64,000 nucleotides of DNA, from NCBI GenBank assembly GCA_964016885.1, contig OZ024743.1, positions 106,330,001 to 106,394,000 of the forward strand, given 5' to 3'. Origin of the DNA: Eledone cirrhosa (Eukaryota). Of the stretch, positions 1 to 11,947 are shown piece after piece. The notes under the pieces are model-generated. The model worked only from the letters and a program-made list of their open reading frames with translations. It was not told where the DNA came from and did not search any database. Every line of letters starts with the position of its first letter. The stretch's first letter is position 1. The position numbers and the translations under genes are program-made.

Positions 1-457
1 TACATGAAAGTTCGTACGAAATAAAGGTAGAATACGGAAAAATAAATTCAGAATCCACCCCGCCCAGAAGAAAAGCGAAGCAAGAAATACTGAAACGAAA
101 AAATAAGGCATAAGTGCCACTAAGAAATATAGAGGGCACAGAGAATAGTGGGAGCGGTCGGAAAAAGGGGGCAAGTATCCGGGGTCTAAGCCAACTGCTA
201 TAAAGGGCGGAGTCCGCCAAATCTATCATAGACTAGGGGAGGGGGTGATGGGGGTGCTAAGGTTACATGGGGCCAAAGGGCAGCCTCGGGTGGGCGAGAA
301 AAGACGCCGACAAAGGAGAAGAGCTGGGGTAGAAGGAAAAAGGAGAGAGGGGGGAAGGAAATAAAGGAAGCGATAAAAGAATACAAAGAAGATCTTACGT
401 CTTCCTTGGCAAGCAGGGGTTACCCATTGCAAAATCGGCAAGTGGGGTGTTATAGCC

Positions 458-915
458 CTAGTCTACCCCCCCCGGGTCATTATGGGGTTTGAGGGCGAGG
501 TAAGTCCTACGCAATCTATGTTTACATGCAGTAACCAGTTCATCTTTCTTGTTTAGGAGTTGGTCCGTCGAAAACAGCATTTGTAAAGTTTCCTCCGAGC
601 ATAAATTGCACGGACGGCGTCCTCCCGTGTAAGAATTGGCTCTGGACAGTAATCTCCAAGTGAGATCATAGGTGATGTTGTTGTCCTTGAGGTCCCATAT
701 GTGGCCCGAAAGTGTAGTGGCGTGACGCCGGGCCGGGTTTCGGAAGGTATGTCTATGTTGGTATAGCCGGGTCTTGAAGTCACATGCGGTAAGTCCTATA
801 TAGGCTTTGTTGGAGGTATCCGTCCTCACGTTGCACTGGTAGATCACATTACGGTCTCTGCATCTATTGTCGAGTGGGCAAATAGATCTATCCGGGCAGT
901 TACACCTCCTGCTCG
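458..915 (-). pseudogene. PLE GIY-YIG endonuclease
   Basis: VIY...YIG, R..QH, LS.HIW.LK, CNLC..E and LLNKK.EL...CKH. Confidence 0.9.
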
Positions 916-935
916 GTTCTCCACTGCTATTTAGG

Positions 936-1580
936 TTATTTCTGCCATCGGGGTTGAGTTTTTTTGTTGTTAGAGGAGACGATGTTTTGTGCGAAGTTTG
1001 GTGTAGTGCTGTAAGAGAGTTTGATGGTATTTTTGTTAATTATGTTGTGGTAGCGGTGTTGTAATGGGAAGTGTTTTTCAATGAGCCTAAAGAATAGTTT
1101 CCCGATGGGAGTAGTCACCTCTGCGTTGTGGGGAGGATTGAACCATGTTACATTGCGTGAGCGGCGGTGTCTCCTGCTGGTTCCGCTAATGGGAGCTGGA
1201 CAGTAGGATATTTCCTCCCGGAAACCACTCCGCTTGAGGGCCTGGTTGTAATAAGGCGCATGTTCATCGAATATCCGCTCATTAGCTGACAAACGGGATA
1301 TGCGGAGGGAGATGTTTTTGACCAGGTTGTTTGTGATGTTCCTAGGATGGTTTGATCGGCGGTGGATGTAGTGCAGATTGTCATTAGGTTTCCTGTATGG
1401 GTAGTACAGGTCGTTTTCGAGGTCGAGGGTTACGTCCAGGAAGTTTACTCGGGTCAGGGACGTTTGTAGGGTTATTTTAAATCCCCAGTCGCGGAAGAAT
1501 CTGATTAATTGTTTCCGGACCCGATCTGTACTACTGGGGTTGTACCCTTTAAGGGTAAGGAGCCCATCATCACGGTACAA
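936..1580 (-). pseudogene. PLE reverse transcriptase (palm/thumb) fragment
   Basis: YRDD catalytic motif, FLDV and the PLE thumb motifs YRKP and HP..I. Confidence 0.9.
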
Positions 1581-1590
1581 TCCACCACTG

Positions 1591-1870
1591 TATTTTCTTT
1601 GACCTCATGCCCAGATGTAGCTGGCACTACCAACGCTTGATTGGGTCTACTCCACCCCTCCCCTCTTTCTCCTACTGGCAGGTTTAGCCACCATCTCCCC
1701 TACTAATTTGCAGCCACAGAATTACTACTGATTTTTGACAATCACTTTGACCATATATGGAATTACCCCTTGAGAAGATCGGCTATTTAAATACCAGGAT
1801 AAATTTTCATTTAGTCCAGAATTAGCCGTCGAAAGGGCTTGAGCTCAGCTGTCGGGGTCTTACTGGTTCC
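1591..1870 (+). repeat. Inverted partial pLTR at the truncated 5' end of the PLE
   Basis: Matches 56271-56578, the terminal region of the same family. It is in the opposite orientation to the ORF and abuts (TA)n. Confidence 0.85.
1765..1858 (+). ncRNA. Type I hammerhead ribozyme motif, U3-A8 core variant
   Basis: acccc-UUGAGAA-gaucggcua...uagccguc-GAAA-gggcu-ugagcuc-agcu-GUC-ggggu. Confidence 0.65.
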
Positions 1871-1897
1871 TATATATATATATATATATATATATTC

Positions 1898-1987
<90 letters not shown>

Positions 1988-1991
<4 letters not shown>

Positions 1992-2173
1992 TAAAATAGC
2001 AGATTAAAGTCAATTGACTTTGTTAGTTTCAGAAGATCCCGTTAAGGGTGAAAGCAGCGATTCTTTGCTTAAACTTTAATCTGTTATTTTAATAAATATT
2101 TGCTCTACGGTTCTTATATATTTTATATATATTTATCCTTATCGAGCGCTCTTTGGATTTTAATTTTCAAATT

Positions 2174-2180
<7 letters not shown>
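1988..2180 (+). mobile_element. ~200-bp non-coding fold-back repeat with an HHR-like motif (family also at 37288, 41389 and 56693)
   Basis: 1988-2010 is the reverse complement of 2073-2098. Four dispersed copies lie next to (TA)n. Confidence 0.75.
2025..2075 (+). ncRNA. HHR-like motif with CAGAAGA core
   Basis: aguuu-CAGAAGA-uccc guuaa gggu-GAAA-gca gcgauucuu ugc-UU-aaacu. Confidence 0.5.
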
Positions 2181-2214
<34 letters not shown>

Positions 2215-2804
2215 TATCTGTAGAGAAATATATATGTCTAGTATAGGTTGAACAGAATTCAAAGTAAATTTGTGACTTGAACAGACGTCTAAGATTGGGT
2301 TTATAGAGATCGTGTCGGTTATCTATCATTGTTCTATATATGCGATGGAAAATAAGGTGTTGTGGTGGGCGCTCTTGAAAAGGTTGAACCAAACAATTTC
2401 ATTTTCGGCGAAGCCCTAATCAACTATTTTAGGTTTCACCTGAAGAGGGAAATCAGGATGAAATGGAAAGTTTGCCTTCCAATCAATTTTTTGAAAAGTG
2501 GGTGAAAAAGGTGAGCATGGTCCAAGTGAATTGGCTTGCGATGTGTATGCTCTTGTAAATTGTGAGAGAATATCTGAGAAGGGGCTCTTGGCCTTGCGGT
2601 CAAGGTTACCGTGCCTTTCTCTCTGAATGATCTTCGAAGTTATCCCCACCATTAATTTGTTTATGTTTATTTTTTAGTCTTTTTATAATCCTTTCTCTCA
2701 CACAAAAACCCCACAGAGCACTCTCATGTACCCACACTATTGTCCTCGTTATGTAATCCCTATGGAGCTAATAAAGAAACCGTTAATATTATGTTTATTA
2801 GCTC

Positions 2805-2965
2805 TCTACGATCAGATTTCAAATCCCGCCTAGGTTAGCTTTGCCGTTCATCATTACGGTATTGATGAAATATAGCACCATTAATGCATTGTGGTCGATT
2901 TAATCGACTTTTACCTCCTCTTCAAATTTCTGGCCTTGCGGCTACAGTAAGAATCCTTATTATTA
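2805..2965 (+). mobile_element. Diverged SINE copy (5'-truncated)
   Basis: Homologous to 5378-5565 (ttcaaatcccgcc...ctttgcc.ttcatc...ctggccttg) with a (tat)n tail. Confidence 0.7.
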
Positions 2966-2984
2966 TTATTTCTAATAACAATGA

Positions 2985-3990
2985 TAATTACTTTCTGTGG
3001 CACTAGGGCCTACATATAGGGGCCAAAGCAAAAAGACAGTGGCAGTGTGGGTTTACAATAAAATCGAGGAAATAAAAATTAATATGAAAAATTGACAATA
3101 AAATTACAACAATTAAATTCCCTAACAAGGGAGAGAACCACCACGGAGTAACTCAGGCACCCCATCAGTTTTGAACTACCCGACGATTTGAGTACAACTA
3201 GAAAGGGCATCCCTTTTGTCAAATCAAGCAGCCTACAGGCGCATCCTCAGAATATGCTCATTCACACAGGTCATTCTCACCATATGCACCCATCTTTTAA
3301 TAAATGTAATGGGGCATAGCACTTTTCTCTCCACTCTCCCCTTCCTTTCCAAGTGAAACTTGAAATAGTTGATGAGAGATTGGCCGAAGAAAAAAGCATC
3401 CGTTTTCAGTCCTTTCAACCTGGTCCACTACAAAACTTCTTTGACTACCTGACAAAGGAAAGCCGCCTGCCCTTCCCGGCCAAAACGCTTGGTCGATGGC
3501 TGAATCCGTCCTACAAGCGACGACAGCTCTTTGACATAACACCACAGGTCAGTGATGCACGGACATTGGATGAATGCGTTCATAACGCTCTGTGTACCTC
3601 TCGGACAAGTCCGTCGGAATGCACCTCAGTGCTTGTAACGTTTATCTCGAAATGGTAGTGCCCCCCCCCCCCCTGTAGTACTGTTAAGTGAAGGATTTCT
3701 GGAAGTCATCCATAGTCCGAGGTTTGAAAGTCATCCGGAGCAGACTGGTCAGTTCAACTTCGCTCCCCCCCCCCCGGAGCCACTCCTAATGCGTCTTCTC
3801 ACTTGTCGACGACTAATCCTCTGTAGAATTCATTCAAAGAGATGTGTTGTGGAAAAACCTGTGTCTCAAACGGTGGCCACACCGTTTCACCGTTTAGCCA
3901 TCGCATCTGGAAATGCTGCAGATTCAGCGCATGCCTGCGCATCATTAGCCACGGCATGCTCAGAACTCCGTGCAGCGGGTAATGGAATCA
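2985..3990 (-). mobile_element. Decayed LINE 3' fragment, probably Tx1/L1-like
   Basis: GC-richer segment with interrupted minus-strand frames (…KGLKTDAFF.GQSLINYFKFHL.RK.RVER…IKRW) resembling non-LTR ORF2 C-termini. Confidence 0.45.
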
Positions 3991-4904
3991 GATAGACCGC
4001 CTAATCAACAGTGCCTGTCCCCTCCACAGAGGTTGAAGAGGAGCCTTACTGTCTTTGCTTCCATATAACAGAGTTACATGAATATTTGTTCAATTTTGCA
4101 GTGGACCACAGAATGGGATTGATAGCAGTTTTGGAGAACTCCAGATGTTCCTAAATATTTTGGTCCTTCCTATATCCTCTACGTCATTATTGATACATTT
4201 CAGGTTTTCGAGATTTCACAGACATGCATCGATATTTTAATTATCTCCTCTCTTTAGCTGCCATCACAATGATGTTTAATTGGTCCCAGCTTTTTTCTCG
4301 TTTTCCGCTGGGCCATACGTTCACTTTTTTTTTTTTTTGTTAAATCAAAATTGTACAGCTTTTGACTCTTTGCCTCTGTGGCTGCGAAAGAACTTCTGCT
4401 TACGTTGTTGTTACTGTTGCTGTTGTTGTTGTCTTTCTTTTTGGTGCTGTTCTTTTATGCTTTTCATTATTGTTAATGGCGTTGTCGTTAATCTTTTTGT
4501 TGGTGGTATTGTCGTTGTTGTTGTCAATTTTGTTCTTATTAGTGTTTTAACTGTTGTTGGTTATTTTATTGTCGTTGCTGTTATTAGTGGTGCTGCTGTT
4601 GGAATGAGAGAGCCGGTGTTATTAATCTCAATGTTCGAGCCTATATAACGTGACAGCTTCCTGAATGTTGTGCAAGGCGTGTTCTGTGCGTATTTCTTTT
4701 TTTTATATTTGTCAAGAGGAAATTTCAAATATTCTGAACCTAGGCCCACATATTATTGCGTCGCGCTTATACAGTGAATGTGTGGCGCCATATAAACAGG
4801 TTATCACACAAATATAAAATTGGATAGAATTCACTTGAACATTCACAAAACTTACGGAGTAATTTTCAAATACGTCTCGGTGGAGCAAACAACATATATA
4901 ATAA

Positions 4905-5120
4905 TAATTATGGTTTCTGATTTAGGCACAAGGACAACAATTTTGGGGGGAAGGGAAAGTCAATTAAATTGATCCCAGTTTGTCAATGGTACTTTATTTT
5001 ATCAAGCCAGTAAGGATGAAAAGCAAAGAAAACCTCGGTGGGATTTGAACTCAGAACGTAAAGTCCCTAACTCAATGCCGTTAAGCTTGTTGTCTGACGC
5101 TCTACGCAATCTGCCAATCC
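4905..5120 (-). mobile_element. tRNA-like SINE
   Basis: Reverse complement of the 5378 family, with B-box gagttcaaatcc. Confidence 0.8.
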
Positions 5121-5377
5121 TAATAATAATAATAATAATAATAACATTACCAACATCATCAGAGTCGTTAATGCCTCGTAAATATATAGGCAGAATATGA
5201 TCCGTTCAGATTTAGATCCTGAGGCTATCAACTTTTCTTTTCGAAATCCGAGGTCCATTGAATTAAACCACCAGTGAAGTACCAAGTCCGGTAGAATCGA
5301 CGTCCCTTTTCCCAATCAAATGTTCATTTTCTGACTGAATATAAAATCAATATTATAATAATCATTATTTTTATTTA

Positions 5378-5568
5378 GGGCGGTGGATTGGCAGCATCGG
5401 TACAGGGTCGGACGCCATGCTTTCCAGCATAGTTACGGCCCTTTACGATCTGAGTTCAAATCCCGCCGAGGTTGACTTTGTCTTTCATCCTTACGGGGTC
5501 AATAAAATAAAGTACCAGTAATGCACTGGGTAATTGCTGGCCTTCTGCCAAAAGTAGAAAGAATTATT
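5378..5568 (+). mobile_element. tRNA-like SINE (octopus-type)
   Basis: A-box-like tggcagcatcgg, B-box gagttcaaatcc and AT-rich tail; near-identical copies at 16690 and 52395. Confidence 0.85.
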
Positions 5569-6858
5569 TTTATTTATGTACAAGTATACATGTTCAGAAT
5601 GAAGGGGATAAATAACTCAATCATCCAAATGACATCTGTTTCCCTCGTGTTATCAAAATGTATATTAGAGCATAATTGGGCATAAACCAATACTGGCAAA
5701 ATATTCAAATTGCAAATAAATACTGCAAAAGAACTTCGTTCCTTGCTCTATTAAGAAATATTTGTGTTTGTACAAATAAATGTGAATGCCGTTTACATCA
5801 TATTCTCATTTACACATTCAGTTAAATATCACGAATCATAGTATCATTATCAATAACAGTTTTCTCTTCTAAAGTAAAAGTCCATTGCAGTGCAATCTGG
5901 TCTATTCTACAAAATATGTTGGAAAGTCACAAGTTCAGCGTTAATATCCTAACGGAAAATCGAACCCGTCTATTTTAAATGTCTTCTTCTGTAATTCTAC
6001 TTGTTAGCACCTTCATGAGAATACATATGTCTAAATACAAAGACGAATGTATGCACGTTTATATTATCCATTGCTTTATTTAGATAGGGTTGGATTTATG
6101 CATTAGAATTTCAATCAGCTGTTCATTAAAATGTATTGATTTATTGAGACTTCAACATAATGATATTGCGAATTAGTAAAAGTAGGAGCGGAATTTTCGT
6201 ACAGTAGTTCCTATCCGCGAACTACTCATGTCAAACCGAGACATCGCCTGGAACATCGTATCGACTTTCGATTCAGATCACTGTCGATAAAGAACTTTGT
6301 AAGAGTGATTGCATGACGAGAATACTAAATACAGGCTTCTTAGAAGTCCGGCAAAACGGATCGATAGTTTTGCCTTTCCCTCCTTACATATGTGTTCTCA
6401 ATACAAACAGGCGTCAATTGTAAAGAACGTAAGATAACCGGATGTCACGATAAGCTAAAAGACCGCTAGTAAACGGAGATTAGAAAATCTAATATTATAA
6501 GTCTTTCAATAATATTTTTCGAATTAACATCACTATTTCTATTAGGCTTCGTAGTTATATTTAAACACACATGCCATCTGGCGTGTGTCGTTTTCTCATA
6601 TGGTGAGGTTGCATCATAATTAAATAGATATGGGATATGGCAATGATTAGGATGTTTGAGAGAGAAAGAGAAAATGAGTGTAGGAAAAAGTGAGAGCGTG
6701 ATACAGACAAGAAGAATACAAAAGTGTGTGAAAGAGGAGGAGAGAAAGCTAAATTAGGGAATCGGGCTATATGTTTTCGATAATTTATTTTCGTTTTTCA
6801 ATGATCTAAGTTCTAATCTTGCAAAAGTTAAATCACCTTTCAACACTTTGTCATTGGT

Positions 6859-6947
<89 letters not shown>

Positions 6948-6977
6948 TTAAAAGAATAGAGGTGTAACACAAGTTAT

Positions 6978-7496
6978 TATATATTGGTAAACGGAATAGA
7001 AAATGCTGACAAATTGTTCACAGTTGAAAAATGGTTTAATTAGGAATAAAAGAGTATTAGTGATTGTATGGGTTAGTATTCAGTTGTGGTTTTAAGTTTT
7101 TAAGTTTTTACCGGTTGCGCATTTCTAAATGCTTTTCAAAAATAATTTTGAGATAGAGTGTCCGTGCTGTTTGCTCTGATCTGATTAGTTTTGGGAATTC
7201 TACCTGTTTTTATGTTAAAAAAGTGGCTCCAACGTTATTTTTGTGTTGCAAAAATGCTTGTGGTCAAAACAATTTTGATTGGTCGGTAGAGGTCATGTGA
7301 ATGTAAAAAGTTGATTTTGCGCCAAGACTGTTTTTATGTTAAAATGTTAAAAAAGTGGCTCCAGCAAAAATTATTGGTCAAAACAATTTTGATTGGTCGG
7401 TAGAGGTCATGTGGATAAAAAATTGGTTTTGCGCCAAGATTGAGAAATGACTCTTTCACAACAAATATGTGTGTGTGTGTGTGTGTATGTGTGTGT

Positions 7497-7566
<70 letters not shown>

Positions 7567-7643
7567 AGTAGTAGTAGTAAGGTGTTCGATGCTGCGACAA
7601 TGGCCAGCAGCGATGTGTATCAAATGGCTATTAAGATAAGTGT

Positions 7644-7684
<41 letters not shown>

Positions 7685-7810
7685 GCAGAGTCATTCGAAG
7701 GTCAAAATATATTTTTCAGCTTTTGTCTTATACGGAGAAGTGCGTGTGTGTGTGTGTGTGTGTGTATAAGTCTCTTTGTATGTTGATGTACGCGTGTGTA
7801 TGTGTTTGTG

Positions 7811-7844
<34 letters not shown>

Positions 7845-9174
7845 GGTGGACCAGTATTTTTTTCCCCCTGGTAAAATGGTGTACATTATTCGATTTTTTC
7901 AGTAAAGTCGGTTCTCTTAATAGAACATCAAAAATCTTAACAATAAAAGGTGTGAAATGATATTCACTATATATATACACACACACACACATTCACTACA
8001 TATATATATATATATACATATATACATACATATATATGCACATATATTTTTTTTGTATTGCACCATAGAGCATGTGTGTTTACGTGTGTCATTGTGTTTA
8101 TATGTGGGTAGAGATGTGTGCTGATGTAGGTATGTATGTTGACGTGTGTATGTTGTGGGTTCGTCTTAGGGAGAAGTGTTTAGACGGGGTCCGTATTTGT
8201 TAATGAAGTAAGATTCCTTGCTGATGCGCTGGGTGTGGGTGGCATTATCTTTAAAGTAAACCAAAACTAAAAGTTCTTCCATACATCTCCACGCACAACC
8301 CCCTCAACAATGAGGCCTTTGACACCATCCTCCAGAACATCCCTGTTTTGAAAAAGGAACATAGAATGAACCAAATTCTATGAACACACGATATCATAAA
8401 GAGCAAAAGACAATCCAAGTCAATGAAAAACATCTTAACACATGCCAAAGTACTGCCAACCACAACAACGAAACCCACAGTAAAAAAATGCGATAGACCC
8501 AACTGTGGCATTTGCATCAACCTAATAGTGGGTTCGGAATTCTATAGAAAAACACAATTTCACATGCGCATCGGAAAATCTAATATATGTATTAACTTGT
8601 TCAGGTTGTCGAGAACAATACATAGGCCAGACCAAAAACAGCCTCCGCCAACGCATGACTGTCCATAGATCCCAAATTAAAATACGGGAATACAGGAAAA
8701 TACCACTGAGTGAACACATTGATACCTGTGCCGCCCCAAATCATCCCAACTTCAGAATCTTTCCCCTCTACAAATTTAAAGATAATGCCACCCACACCCA
8801 GCGCATCAGCAAGGAATCTTATTTCATTAACAAATACGGACCCCGTCTAAACACTTCTCCCTAAGACGAACCCACAACATACACACGTCAACATACATAC
8901 CTACATCAGCACACATCTCTACCCACATATAAACACAATTACACACGTAAACACACATGCTCTCTGGTGCAATACAAAAAAATATATGTGCATATATATG
9001 TATGTATATATGTATATATATATATATGTAGTGAATGTGTGTGTGTGTATATATATAGTGAATATCATTTCACACCTTTTATTGTTAAGATTTTTGATGT
9101 TCTATTAAGAGAACCGATTTTACTGAAAAAATCGAATAATGTACACCATTTTACCAGGGGGAAAAAATACTGGT

Positions 9175-9213
<39 letters not shown>

Positions 9214-9339
9214 CACAAACACATACACACGCGTACATCAACATACAAAGAGACTTATACACACACACACACACACACACGCACTTCTCCGTATAAGACA
9301 AAAGCTGAAAAATATATTTTGACCTTCGAATGACTCTGC

Positions 9340-9382
<43 letters not shown>

Positions 9383-9459
9383 ACACTTATCTTAATAGCC
9401 ATTTGATACACATCGCTGCTGGCCATTGTCGCAGCATCGAACACCTTACTACTACTACT

Positions 9460-9535
<76 letters not shown>

Positions 9536-10044
9536 ACACACACATACACACACACACACACACATATTTGTTGTGAAAGAGTCATTTCTCAATCTTGGCG
9601 CAAAACCAATTTTTTATCCACATGACCTCTACCGACCAATCAAAATTGTTTTGACCAATAATCTTTGCTGGAGCCACTTTTTTAACATTTTAACATAAAA
9701 ACAGTCTTGGCGCAAAATCAACTTTTTACATTCACATGACCTCTACCGACCAATCAAAATTGTTTTGACCACAAGCATTTTTGCAACACAAAAATAACGC
9801 TGGAGCCACTTTTTTAACATAAAAACAGGTAGAATTCCCAAAACTAATCAGATCAGAGCAAACAGCACGGACACTCTATCTCAAAATTATTTTTGAAAAG
9901 CATTTAGAAATGCGCAACCGGTAAAAACTTAAAAACTTAAAACCACAACTGAATACTAACCCATACAATCACTAATACTCTTTTATTCCTAATTAAACCA
10001 TTTTTCAACTGTGAACAATTTGTCAGCATTTTCTATTCCGTTTA

Positions 10045-10052
<8 letters not shown>
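6978..10052. mobile_element. 3.1-kb fold-back PLE copy (Naiad-like family): inverted arms 6978-8255 and 8775-10052
   Basis: The arms are near-perfect reverse complements. 8256-8864 encodes linker, CxxxxCxxC and GIY-YIG nearly identical to 27444-28150. Both ends lie in (TA)n. Confidence 0.93.
8256..8864 (+). pseudogene. PLE linker, Zn-finger and GIY-YIG fragment
   Basis: LPYISTHNP…IL*THDIIKSKRQ…KKCDRPNCGIC…IYVLTCSGCREQYIGQT…FINKYGPRLN, with a small deletion/frameshift near 8545. Confidence 0.88.
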
Positions 10053-10086
<34 letters not shown>

Positions 10087-10093
<7 letters not shown>

Positions 10094-10845
10094 ATACTAG
10101 GGGAGGGTCATATTTGTGTAATAATATTGCCAGAATTAATAACAGAACACACTCACTATTTGGTTGGTTTTAGCCTCTCTATCTTTTATATCAGTCAATT
10201 TTATTTATTCGGTCCTCAATGTTACCATTGACTGACCAACAGTCAAAAATACATATATAATATAGACACAAACATATATATATATATAGTCTAACAAATT
10301 TCTTTCGTTGCACATCTGCAACCTAAATAAATAAATAAATAAATATATAAATACATACACAAGCACAATAACAGCAAACACATGTAAACACACACTAGTA
10401 AACTAAGATAGAATACAATAAACTAAACACAGTTACCCAAACACGAACACGCATCACAGACTATACACACACCCAAACGCATGCGCAGAGAAGAAGACAA
10501 AGAAAAAAAAAAATAAATAAAAAAAATAAAAAATAAATAGAAGGATTAAATAAAGATGGCGTAGACATACAATACGACAGGTGGAACCATAATAGCACCA
10601 CTGACGATGTTGCAGATGTGCAACGAAAGACCTATGTTAGATTATATATATGTGTTTGTGTCTATATTATATCTGTATTTTTTACCGTTGGTCAGTCAAT
10701 GGTAAAATTGAGGACCGAATAAATAAAATTAACTGATATAAAAGATACAGAAACGAAAACCAATCAAACAATGACTGTGTTCTGTTATTAATTCTGGCAA
10801 TATTATTACACAAATATGCCCCCCCCCCCCAAGTGTAACAATATT
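10087..10845. mobile_element. Non-coding fold-back element: arms 10087-10322 and 10609-10843, with a partial HHR-like core
   Basis: Reverse-complementary arms; CUGACGA-u-guugca gaug ugcaac-GAAA at 10601-10628. Confidence 0.75.
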
Positions 10846-11039
10846 TGTTTCGGCACACGATTTCATATCAAAGACCTCGCAAAACTATATTTATATATAT
10901 ACATATATATATATGGAGCAAACACACACACATACACGCATGTGTAGTAGTAACTATAGGTGTTTACAAAAACATAAGAAAAACAGTGCTCCTCCGAGAA
11001 ACGAGCTGACATATTATATTTTTTTTTTCATACATGGAG

Positions 11040-11780
11040 TAAAAGCGCTACCTTAGGATTCAGGGCCCAATGTTGACCATATCTCCTGAACATAAAAAGG
11101 ATCAAATTTATAACCTAATCTTCGGGTGATTATGCGAGTTTATATTTTGTTAACCAAGTAGTACCGTTACTAAATAGAAAGGTTTTCTGGGAGTGCAATA
11201 TGAGGTCATATTTTAAAGTATAAAGCCTTATTAAAAAGAGTCACGGGGATAAAGATATCTAATCTCAAGGTATGAATTTGGTCCTGCTACTAAAGAGAAT
11301 TTGTGTGAACTAGGATATGGCATGTAATATTCCACAGAGAGCGATTGGTGTTTTAATAAAATGGGTCTTGATGTCTCTTAAATGTTTTTTACTAGCTAAA
11401 CCTAACTTTATTCTTGCATGATTTATTAATCTAGACCTAGGCTTGTTTGTGAAATCAAGATTGTGATTCTTCAGTGTAATGACTGCAGCACGTTACGATA
11501 AGTTTTCAAACACTATTGTCTATTATAAAATTTGTGGCAATATCATTGGCCTCAGCATTATTCTTGTAATAGGTGTTAGGTTTGGCCTTTTGGTACTTAT
11601 TTGCCATGCTACTAATTATAAGTTTGTTATATTTTTCATTATCAAATTCATATAATTTTCTTTCGGAATATACAAAGACTACGTTATTGCATTTGACTTG
11701 TTTAATGTCCTTTACAACATTAAGCTGGAAGGGATTATGGTTTTACGTAAATTCATGTTTGCGCGTATGAAAGAAATATA
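11040..11780 (-). mobile_element. Highly decayed PLE RT fragment
   Basis: Minus frame LILHSQKTFLFSNGTTW aligns with ILQASNTLLFTNNNTW of the PLE at 20735. Confidence 0.55.
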
Positions 11781-11785
11781 TAATA

Positions 11786-11933
<148 letters not shown>

Positions 11934-11947
11934 GTATATATATATAT

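Larger units (their letters stand above)
1..1590 (-). mobile_element. 5'-truncated Penelope-like retroelement (Hydra-like type): RT C-terminal half, GIY-YIG endonuclease and 3' UTR running off the window start
   Basis: ORF 936-1580 has YRDDGL, VNFLDVTLDL, HPRNI, WFNPP, KHFP and KLSYS. After a frameshift at the T-run near 960 the frame reads CNCPDRSICPLDNRC-VIYQC...YIGLT...CNLCSEE (ORF 458-847). Confidence 0.92.

Noticed and set aside
4280-4648. Hydrophobic Cys/Val-rich ORF
   Set aside because: Derived from (TTG/GTT)n low-complexity sequence.
9618-9770. Duplicated AUGA…AA…UGA as a possible SECIS
   Set aside because: The required helix between AUGA and GA does not pair.
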